Origin: an uncultured Planctomycetota bacterium | Lineage (GTDB): Bacteria > Planctomycetota > Planctomycetia > Gemmatales > Gemmataceae | Direction: 5' to 3' | DNA: 64,000 nucleotides | Assembly (NCBI GenBank): GCA_963849325.1 | Contig: CAWKHF010000007.1 | Coordinates: 192,001-256,000, forward strand | In this document: one piece after another, positions 55,643-64,000 of the stretch | Position numbering within the stretch: position 1 is the first letter of the stretch | Layout of the letters: every line of letters begins with the position of its first letter | Notes under the pieces: model-generated | The model's database searches: none | The model's input: the letters and a program-made list of their open reading frames with translations, nothing else | What the model was told of the DNA's origin: nothing | Position numbers and translations under genes: made by a program

Positions 55643-57097
55643 ATGGTGCCGAAGATTCCTCCCCTTCAACGATCGCCCTCGCCATCGCCGGGAAGGACGG
55701 ATGCGTCCCGGGTCGAGGGGGACAGTGCGCCGGCGGACATGATGGACAAGACCAACCCTGATCCCGCCCAGCCGCAGCTGGGCCTGCCGGGTGAGGCACT
55801 GCACGAAGTGCGCACCCTCGGCGAGTACCGCATCCTGCGCCGTCTCGGCGAGGGCGGCATGGGTGCCGTCTACCTCGGCTATCACGAGGGCAAGGACCAG
55901 CAGGTCGCCATCAAGGTGCTCGGCGAAAACCTGGCCAGCAACCAGGGGTACGTCGATCGCTTCTACCGCGAGGCCAAGAGCGGCGCCCTGCTCAACCATC
56001 CCAACATCGTCCGCACCCTCAACGTCGGCCAGGACCAGGCGACCGCCATGCACTACCTGGTGCTGGAGTTCGTGGACGGACCGACGGCGCAGGCACTGCT
56101 GGACCATCAAGGCCGGCTGGCCCTGGGCGACGCGGTCCACATCGCCCTGGACGTGGCCCGGGCCCTGGAGCACGCCCACTCGCGCAACATCGTCCACCGC
56201 GACATCAAGCCGGACAACATCCTCATCACGCGCTCGGGCGTCTCGAAGTTGGTCGATCTCGGCCTGGCTCGCCGCACCGACGAGACCAGCCATCTGACCG
56301 CCGCTCGCCAGGGCTTCGGCACCACCCACTACATGCCCTACGAGCAGGCCGTCAACGCCCGCTGCGCCGACGGCCGCAGCGACATCTACGCCCTGGGTGC
56401 GACCCTCTATCACCTGGTCACCGGGTCGGTGCCCTTTCCCGGCGACAATCACCTGGACGTCGTCGAGAAGAAGAACCACGGCGCCTTCACGCCGGCCAGC
56501 AAGCTCAACGCGGCCGTGCCGCCGGTGCTGGATCACATCCTGTCCCGCATGTTGGCCCGCGAGCCGCGCGACCGCTACCAGACGGCCAGCGAGCTGATCG
56601 TCGATCTGGAGCGCTCGCGCCTGGCCGCTCCCGTGCCGACCTTCGCCGATCCCAATCAGGCGCTGCAAGACCCGTGGGTGCAGCAGTGCCTGGCCTCGTC
56701 GGCCGAGCCGACGCGCCTGGACCCGGAGATGCCCGCGGCCGCCACGTCTTCCGCGTCGAAACCCGAGTCCAACGGCGTGTGGATCTTGCGCTACCGCAAT
56801 CCGGCCGGCAAGCTGTGCCGAGCGCGGGCGAGCACCGAGGAGATCGTCACCCGTCTGCGCCGCGGCCGACTGTCCGCCCGCGTCGAGGCTCGCCACGCCG
56901 ACAACGCGGACTATCACCCTCTGTCGTTCTACCCCGAATTCAAGGACGCCGCTCCGCCCTCTCGGCCGTCGCGCAAACGACCGAAGACGGACGAGGAAAA
57001 GAAGGCCGACGCCGCTGCCACCGAGTCGGCCGTTGAGCCGCAGCCACGGCTTTTGAAGGGTTTACGCGGTTGGGTGGTTCGGTGGCTGGGGGGTTAG
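55643..57097 (+). CDS. Hanks-type Ser/Thr protein kinase
   Basis: LGEGGMG, VAIK, HRDIKPDN, DLG, SDIYALG. Confidence 0.93.
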   Translation: MVPKIPPLQRSPSPSPGRTDASRVEGDSAPADMMDKTNPDPAQPQLGLPGEALHEVRTLGEYRILRRLGEGGMGAVYLGYHEGKDQQVAIKVLGENLASNQGYVDRFYREAKSGALLNHPNIVRTLNVGQDQATAMHYLVLEFVDGPTAQALLDHQGRLALGDAVHIALDVARALEHAHSRNIVHRDIKPDNILITRSGVSKLVDLGLARRTDETSHLTAARQGFGTTHYMPYEQAVNARCADGRSDIYALGATLYHLVTGSVPFPGDNHLDVVEKKNHGAFTPASKLNAAVPPVLDHILSRMLAREPRDRYQTASELIVDLERSRLAAPVPTFADPNQALQDPWVQQCLASSAEPTRLDPEMPAAATSSASKPESNGVWILRYRNPAGKLCRARASTEEIVTRLRRGRLSARVEARHADNADYHPLSFYPEFKDAAPPSRPSRKRPKTDEEKKADAAATESAVEPQPRLLKGLRGWVVRWLGG

Positions 57098-57346
57098 GTG
57101 CCTCGTTCCGCAATCGCTTCCTCACCATCCAACCGCGGAACCACCAGGGGAGACCGGGGTTGAATAGATCGGACCCGGATTCCCTCCTCGGGAATCCCGT
57201 GGCCCGCCGCCACGTCTCAAGAAGAGGCGCGCCCCTCCGTTCGCCGGGGGCCGGCGCGGCCGATTTGCCTGTTTTGGTCCGGTCTTGCATACTCGTCTTG
57301 TGGGACGCATCCAGCCACGCCCTCTGCAACGGGGAGACATTCGGCC

Positions 57347-58036
57347 ATGAAACGCTTTCTGGGACTTGTCGGCATTCTCCTATGTGCCACGGTGACTCGG
57401 GGCGCCGAGGTGGGCGACCTGGTCAAGCAACTCAAGGACGGCGACAACGACGCCCGCCGGGCGGCGGCCAAGGCGCTGGGCGAGGGCGGCGCCGAATCGA
57501 AGGCGGCCGTGCCGGCGCTGATCGCGGCGCTGAAAGACAAGGACTTGTTCGTTCGTCGCTTTTCGGCCCAGGCGCTGGGCGAGATCGGCTCCGACGCCCA
57601 CGCGGCGGTGCGGCCGCTGACGGCGGCCCTCAACGATCCCAAGAAGGAAGTGCAGATCGCCGCCGCTCGCGCCCTGGCCAAGCTGGGACCGTCCGGCGTC
57701 TCGACGCTGGTCGCCATCCTCAAGGACGACGACAAAGATCCGATGACTCGCCGTCAAGCCATCTCTTCGCTTAGCGATGCGGGCGCCGACGCCCGCTCGG
57801 CCGTGCCAGTGCTGACGGAGATCGTCAAGGAGAGGGTCGCCGGCAAGGGCAAGAAAAAGATGGCCCCCGAAGACCTGCGCATTGATGCCGCCACCGCTCT
57901 CGGCGTCCTCGCCCGACCCTCCGACAAGGAGACCATCGCAACGCTCGAAGCGCTGACCGAAAAGAAGGCGAAGACGCCGCGCGGACTCAAGCAGGCCGCC
58001 AACGCCGCGCTGAAGAAGATTCGTAGGAACAAGTAA
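57347..58036 (+). CDS. Secreted HEAT-repeat protein
   Basis: Signal peptide; repeated AVPALIAALKD..VRR.AA.ALG. Confidence 0.85.
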   Translation: MKRFLGLVGILLCATVTRGAEVGDLVKQLKDGDNDARRAAAKALGEGGAESKAAVPALIAALKDKDLFVRRFSAQALGEIGSDAHAAVRPLTAALNDPKKEVQIAAARALAKLGPSGVSTLVAILKDDDKDPMTRRQAISSLSDAGADARSAVPVLTEIVKERVAGKGKKKMAPEDLRIDAATALGVLARPSDKETIATLEALTEKKAKTPRGLKQAANAALKKIRRNK

Positions 58037-58113
58037 ACCATTGCAACGACTCCCCGGCCCGCCGCGCTGGCGCGGCGGGCTGGCCCTTTCTGTCGCCACA
58101 TGATTCCTCCATT

Positions 58114-58598
58114 GTGGATACGGGAGAGCTACTGACGCGCTGGAGTGTCCGCCTGGCCCTGGCCCTGTACGTCCTGGGCCTCGTCCTGCGGTGGGGTGCT
58201 CGCGGACGTCATCGCTGGCTCATTCGGGCACGCCTGGCCTGGACCGCTGGCTGCCTGGCCTTCCTCGTTCACGTGGCATGCGCCTTTCAGTTCTATCATG
58301 GTTGGAGCCATGCCGCCGCCTACGTCGAAACGGCACGGCGGACGGCGGCGGTGGTCGGCTGGGACTGGGGCGGCGGCCTGTACGCCAATTATGCCTTCAC
58401 CCTCGTATGGCTGGTGGACGCCCTCTGGTGGTGGCGCGGCCTGGAGGCGTATGAGAACGTCCCCGCGTCCTCGCCTGGAGCGTGCAAGGCTTTCTGGCAT
58501 TCATGGCCTTCAACGCCACGGTCGTCTTCGCGGAGGGAACGATTCGCTGGGTGAGTTTCGCGGTCTGTCTTGGGCTGTTGGTATGGCGGTGGAGTTGA
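58114..58598 (+). CDS. Hypothetical membrane protein; frameshift near 58465
   Basis: HVACAFQFYHGWSH, GLYANYAF, then FLAFMAFNATVVF. Confidence 0.6.
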
Positions 58599-58691
58599 CG
58601 GGGACGTTTGACGCCGGCCGCAGGCGCTGCGATAATTCGGCGCATCGGAGGCCATTCCCCGTTCGACACGTTCCGATAGGAGGATCCTCTC

Positions 58692-60180
58692 ATGGCTACC
58701 GCAACCAAGCCAAAGGCTCGCGCCGTCAAGCCGCCCAGGGTCAAGGACCAGTCGCTCTTCATCGGCGGCAAGTGGGTCGATAGTGTGTCGGGCAAGACGT
58801 TCCCGACGATCAATCCGGCCACCGGCGAAACGATCTGCCAGGTGGCCGAGGCCGACAAGGCCGACGTGGACCGCGCCGTCAAGGCCGCTCGCAAGGCGTT
58901 CGAGGACGGACCCTGGCCGAAGATGAGTGCCGCCGAGCGCGGTCGGCTGCTGCACAAGCTCGCCGACCTCCTCGAGTCCAACCAGGACGAATTGGCCGCT
59001 CTCGAATCGCTCGACAACGGCAAGCCGCTGCGCGACTCGCTCAACGCCGATCTGCCGCTGAGCATCAAGTGCTACCGCTATTACGCCGGCTGGGCCGATA
59101 AGAACCACGGCAAGACCATCCCCGTCGAAGGTCCGTACTTCTGCTATACCCGGCACGAACCGATCGGGGTCGTCGGCCAGATCATCCCGTGGAACTTCCC
59201 GCTCTTGATGCAGGCGTGGAAGTGGGGCCCGGCCCTGGCCAGCGGGTGTACCATCGTGCTCAAGCCCGCCGAGCAAACGCCGTTGACCGCCCTGCGCGTG
59301 GCGGCGCTGGCGCAGGAGGCCGGCTTTCCCGACGGCGTCATCAATGTCGTGCCCGGCTTTGGCCCGACCGCCGGCGCCGCCATCAGCGAACACATGGACA
59401 TCGACAAGGTCGCCTTCACCGGCGAGCACACGACCGGCCAAATCATCATGACCGCCGCCGCCAAGAGCAACCTCAAGCGCGTCAGCCTGGAGCTGGGCGG
59501 CAAAAGTCCCAACGTCGTCTTCGCCGACGCCGATCTCGACGCCGCCGTCGAGGGCGCCTACTTCGGCCTGTTCTTCAACCAGGGCCAGTGCTGCTGCGCC
59601 GGCAGCCGATTGTTCGTCGAGGAGAAAGTTCACGACCAATTTGTCGAGAAAGTGCTGCACAAGGCGAAGACGCGCAAGGTGGGCGATCCGTTCGACCCGG
59701 CCACCGAGCAGGGACCGCAGGTGTCGCGGGAGCAGTTCGACCGCATCATGGGCTACATCGACGCCGGCCAAAAAGAGGGGGCGAAGATGCTCTGCGGCGG
59801 CAGCCGAATCGGCGATCGCGGTTTCTTCATCGCGCCGACCGTGTTCGACGAAGTCCGGGATGACATGAAGATTGCCCGCGAGGAGATTTTCGGGCCGGTC
59901 ATGAATATCCTCAAGTTCAAGGATCTCGACGAAGTGGTCCGCCGCGGCAATCAGACGTTCTACGGTCTGGCCGCGGCGGTGTGGACGCGCGACATCACCA
60001 AGGCGCACCGCCTGGCCAATGGCCTGCGCCGGGACGGTGTGGATCAACTGCTACGACGTCTTCGACGCCGCCGCGCCGTTCGGCGGCTTCAAGATGAGCG
60101 GCTTCGGCCGCGAGCTGGGCGAGTACGCCCTGGAGCTGTACACCGAGGTCAAGACGGTTTACGTCCATCTCGGTGAATGA
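58692..60180 (+). CDS. NAD-dependent aldehyde dehydrogenase; frameshift near 60030
   Basis: [37 protein letters not shown]. Confidence 0.95.
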
Positions 60181-60189
60181 GTCAAGTTG

Positions 60190-60251
60190 GGCGAGCGGGG
60201 GGCGTTAGCCCCCTGTTGCATCCAACAGGGGGCTAACGCCCCCCGCTCGCC
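60190..60251. repeat. Perfect 29-bp-arm REP-like palindrome
   Basis: GGCGAGCGGGGGGCGTTAGCCCCCTGTTG / CAACAGGGGGCTAACGCCCCCCGCTCGCC. Confidence 0.85.
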
Positions 60252-60370
60252 TCACAAGCCGCACTTCGCGCCCGCGGCAGGCCATGCTATAAGCGCTGCA
60301 GATCGATTCGGTTCGCCGTCCCTCCCGCATGGGCGGCGGAGTCCGCGGCTCATACAGGAGGAGGAGACCT

Positions 60371-61168
60371 ATGCTTCGATACGGGTTGGTCCTGGCCGCC
60401 CTGTTGCTGGCGAGCCTGCCCGCCAGCGCCCAGCAAGCCCCCGCCACGCCGCCGGCGGCGCCGCCCGCCGACGACAAGGCGCTGGACGGCCATCTGCAAA
60501 ACTGGGAACGAGCCATGAAAGACGTGACGGCCCTGGCTGCCCAGCTTATCCGCATCGACAAGGACCGCACCTTCGAGCAGACCGTCAAGCTGGTCGGCGA
60601 AGCCTACTACATGAAGGACGGCACCGGACCCACCGCGCTCAACCTGGCGCAGCTGGAGATGCGCCTGGACGGCAAAAAAGAGATCAAGGAAAAGTTCATC
60701 TGCACCGGCACTTACCTGTACCAGTACCTGCCGGAACAGAAGGAAATTCGCGTCTACGAGTTGCCCAAGCCGAAGCCGGGACAGGTGGCCGAGGACAATC
60801 TGCTGTCGCTGCTGTTCGGCATGAAGGCCGCGGAGGCCAAGGGCCGGTACAACCTCAAGCTGGCCAAGGAAGATCAGTATTACATTTACGTGGACATCGC
60901 GCCGCGCTCGCCGGCCGACCGGGCCGACTTCCAGCGCGCCCGCCTGGTGCTGAACAAGACCAACTACCTGCCGCGCCAGCTGTGGTTCGAGCACGCCAAT
61001 GGCAACGAAGTCATGTGGGACATTCCCAACCTGCGCAGCGACGTTAAGCTGGATCGCCGCGCCTTCGATGCGCCCAAGCCGCCGGAGGGTTGGAAGCTGG
61101 TGCCCGTCACCCGCGAGGCGCAGTCGCAGCCGCGCATCGTTCGTCCCACCGGCCCCGGCAGCCCATGA
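60371..61168 (+). CDS. Planctomycete TIGR03009-like (LolA-like) secreted protein
   Basis: GGAGGAG RBS, signal peptide, LQNWE, EKFICTG, LPRQLWF, PEGWK. Confidence 0.7.
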   Translation: MLRYGLVLAALLLASLPASAQQAPATPPAAPPADDKALDGHLQNWERAMKDVTALAAQLIRIDKDRTFEQTVKLVGEAYYMKDGTGPTALNLAQLEMRLDGKKEIKEKFICTGTYLYQYLPEQKEIRVYELPKPKPGQVAEDNLLSLLFGMKAAEAKGRYNLKLAKEDQYYIYVDIAPRSPADRADFQRARLVLNKTNYLPRQLWFEHANGNEVMWDIPNLRSDVKLDRRAFDAPKPPEGWKLVPVTREAQSQPRIVRPTGPGSP

Positions 61169-61385
61169 CGCACCAGGGCCATCCGCTTGTGCGAGCATCG
61201 GGGTCCGGCGCGCACCGGCCGGACCACGATGCTTGCGCGCCTCCCGTCTCCATCTTTCGGGGAGAAAAAAGCCTCCTCTCCCGCTTCCAGGCTTTATAAT
61301 GACAGCACCCTGGGAAGGCCGCAACCGCCGGGTGGGGCGGTCCTTGCCTACGAACCGTGTCCCCTTTCTTCAAGGAGCTGTCCCG

Positions 61386-62100
61386 ATGCGTCCTCACGTG
61401 AAATGGCTGTTGACGGCGGCCCTCGTCGCCGTGGTGGCCGCGCCCGCCGCAGGCCAGCTCCTCCCGGGCGGCAGGATCCCCCTTTTGCAGAATGGCCTCG
61501 ATTCGTCGATCCTCCTGCTCAACTCCGGCGTCCAGAAAGAAATCAAGCTCAGCGACGAGCAGCGCGACAAGTTCCGCCAGATCGTCAAGGGGGTTCACGA
61601 CAAATATCAGCCGGAGCTGAACAAGGCCATCGCGGCCCGCGATCAGAAGCAGTGGCTCAAACTCATGGGTGAATCCACCCGCGGAGACGTCGGATCGCGT
61701 CCACAAAGCCCTCCCCGACCTTCTCCAGCCGGAACAGGCCAAGCGCCTCCAGCAGATCGAGTTGCAGGTCAACGGCTTCCTGTCTCTGAACAAGCCGGAC
61801 GTGCAGACACAGCTCAACCTCACCGAAAAACAACGCGACGAAATCAAGGAGATCAACGACGGCTTCAAGCAGGATCTCGCCGAGGCGGTGAAGGATGCGG
61901 CCGCTTCGGCACCGGAGAAACTCCTGGAAAAGGCACGTCAGGCCGTCGAGACGGCCCGCAAAATCAAGACCTTGGCGGACGCGGCCACCAAGAAGGCGTT
62001 CGGCACGCTGACCGACGAGCAGCGGAAAACGTGGAAAGAAATGACCGGGGAGAAGTTCGAGTTGAAGCTGGAGCTCCTGAACCGGCCGAGCAAACGCTAA
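61386..62100 (+). CDS. Secreted helical LTXXQ-repeat (Spy/CpxP-like) protein; frameshift near 61680
   Basis: VQKEIKLSDEQ, LQPEQAKRLQQI, LTDEQRKTWKEMTGEKF. Confidence 0.7.
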
Positions 62101-62105
62101 TAGCC

Positions 62106-62161
62106 ATCGGAGCCTGAAGCGTAAGCGAAGAGCCCTCTTCGCTTACGCTTCAGGCTCCGAT
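62106..62161. repeat. REP-like palindrome, family A
   Basis: ATCGGAGCCTGAAGCGTAAGCGAAGAG / CTCTTCGCTTACGCTTCAGGCTCCGAT. Confidence 0.85.
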
Positions 62162-62181
62162 AAAGATGCTGAGGATTTGTC

Positions 62182-63175
62182 GTGACCAACGGCGACCGTT
62201 CGCTGGCCATCTTCATCGACTTCGAGAACCTCGCCCTGGGTTTCCAGGGACGGCGCGATCGTTTCGACATCGAGCGCGTGCTCGAACGGTTGGTGGAGAA
62301 AGGCAAGATCGTCTGCAAGAAGGCGTATGCCGACTGGAGCCGCTTCGCCAGCTTCACCACTCAGCTGCACGAATCGGCCATCGAGCTGATCGAGATCCCG
62401 CGCCGTGCCCAGAGCGGCAAGAACTCGGCCGACATTCGCCTGTGCGTCGATGCCATGGACCTGGCTTATTCCAAGGACCACATCGACACCTTCGTCGTCG
62501 TCTCCGGCGACAGCGATTTTTCGCCGCTGGTGTCCAAGCTCAAGGAGTTGGGCAAGCACGTCATTGGCCTGGGCATGCAGGAATCGACGTCCGACCTGCT
62601 GCGCGACAACTGCGATGAGTTCATCTACTACGAGGACCTGGGTAAACAGCCGGCGCTGGTGCCGACGATGGAGGCGCACCTGCCCGAGGCCAAGCGCAAG
62701 GCGTTCGCCCTGCTGATGGAGTCGCTGTTGGCCCTGCGCCGCGAGAACAAGGAGGTGCTGTGGTCGTCGATGATTAAGGACACGATGAAGCGCAAAAAGC
62801 CGTCTTTCAACGAGTCGTATCACGGCTACCGCACCTTCAGCGAGCTTCTCGAAGACGCCCAGAAGGAAGGACTGGTCGAGCTGGAGACGGACAAGCGCAG
62901 CCGCACCTATGTCGTGACGCGCTTCGGCGAGGAGTTGAGCGTCCCCGCGGCGCCCGAGATGGCCCCGGCGAAGAAAAAGTCGCGGCGGCGGCGCGGCTCG
63001 TCCAAGCGGAAGACGAAGGCGACCGACGCCGCCGAAGCGGGGAACGGCTCCTCCGCCACGTCGGACAGCACGCCGGCCGAATCCGCGGCGTTGCCGGAGG
63101 CGCTCTCCCGAGTCGGACGCGGAATCCTCGCCATCGGTCGAGTCCGGGATCGAGGACCACGACATTCTGTTTTGA
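62182..63175 (+). CDS. NYN (LabA/DUF88) domain plus OST-HTH/LOTUS protein; frameshift near 63110
   Basis: FIDFEN, GKNSADI, SGDSDF, FNESYHGYRTFSELL; likely true end ...EDHDILF*. Confidence 0.85.
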
Positions 63176-63255
63176 CCCGTGCCGTGGCCGGCGGTCTTCC
63201 TTGTCGTGAGCTACACTTGCGCCAGACGTGTTGCTCTCCATCGAGGAACGCCATC

Positions 63256-64000
63256 ATGAATCGCATCCTGCCGCGATTGTTCATCTCCGCGTTCGCGCTG
63301 TGCGGCGGACTGTCGGCGCACGCCGTCGAGCCGGCCGCTCCCGAGTCGTTCGCCGACCTGCATCGGCTCATCAAGCCGACCGCTAAGGAAGACCGTTGGA
63401 ACCGCATCCCCTGGTTGACGAGCCTGTGGGAAGCACGGCGGCAGGCGGCGGCCAAGGGCAAGCCGATCCTGCTGTGGGAGATGGACGGTCATCCGCTTGG
63501 CTGCACCTGAAACAACGGAGTCGCGGGCCGTGCGCTCGCTTTCTCCGATACCGAAGTCATCCGCCTGGCCACGGAGGAATACATCGCCGTCAGCGGCGAC
63601 GAGTGGTATCAGCGTCGCCGCCGGGACGCCGAGGGCGACTTCCTCCGCCGCGTGGCCGAGCAGAACCCCAACAAGGGCGACGAGGGCCAGAGCCGTCAGG
63701 GTCTGTACTGCTTCACGGCCTCCGGCCAGCTGCTGGCCTGCAACAACCACCAGGACGCCGACGCCGTGCGCGATCTCCTGGAGCAGGGGCTGGCCGCGTG
63801 GAACCGTCTGCCCGACGACGAGCGCCGGCCCGGCGCCGTCACGGTGCCTGCTCTCCGCAAGACCGACGCGGAGTTCACGCGCCAGCCGCCGGCCGGCGGA
63901 CTGGTCCTCAACGTCTACACGCGCATTCTCGATCGAGAAGGGCGACGGCCGATACTGCCGCGGCAGTTGCGACTTCCCCGGCGGCGAGCGGTCCGCCCGC
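63256..64000 (+). CDS. Secreted thioredoxin-like candidate selenoprotein (in-frame TGA 63508-63510), runs off the right edge
   Basis: GAGGA RBS, signal peptide, IPW...AAAKGKPILLWEMDGHPLGCT*NNG; the frame stays open to 64000. Confidence 0.75.
63516..63547 (+). promoter_or_regulatory. SECIS-like hairpin
   Basis: CGGAG-tc-GCGGGC-cgtgc-GCTCGC-ttt-CTCCG, beginning 6 nt after the TGA. Confidence 0.5.

Noticed and set aside
62182-63510. 442-aa NYN-LOTUS-thioredoxin fusion in the ORF track
   Set aside because: A shift near 63110 gives a natural acidic end at 63175, and the downstream part has its own RBS, ATG and signal peptide.

Overview
This is a GC-rich bacterial window, most likely from a planctomycete of Gemmataceae type. 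The lineage is inferred from the TIGR03067-, TIGR03009-, DUF1559- and PVC heme-CxxCH-like genes and from many short palindromic repeats. Many conserved genes are split by single-base indels, most likely long-read consensus errors, so most CDS below are stitched across frames. Contents from left to right: a tandem pair of RlaP/Nuc-transf nucleotidyltransferases; a DUF1810 gene; an RND efflux operon (MFP, RND, lipoprotein, OMF) with an internal 85-bp diverged duplication; a decayed patchwork of gene slices (10.2-14.2 kb); a slice of a tRNA array (tRNA-Leu(CAG) plus the 5' half of tRNA-His(GUG)); a sulfate ABC operon with a tandem-repeat operator candidate; a two-component system divergent from a second RND/MFP pair; USP and TPR genes; MBOAT plus two SGNH-like genes; RNase HI; a ceramidase-like gene; a pseudo-caspase/S41 protease fusion; a PHP-like hydrolase; a 3-kb block bracketed by 20-bp direct repeats (DUF1559 remnant, IS4 with 19-bp IRs and an 11-bp target duplication, BrnT-like/HTH pair); an HPF/sigma2-like fusion; SGNH plus PVC CxxCH; a Ser/Thr kinase; HEAT, ALDH and NYN-LOTUS genes. 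The best lead is at the right edge: a secreted thioredoxin-like ORF with an in-frame UGA in a C-T-U context, followed by a SECIS-like hairpin, i.e. a candidate selenoprotein N-like bacterial selenoprotein. All family calls are from motif recognition only; no searches were run.
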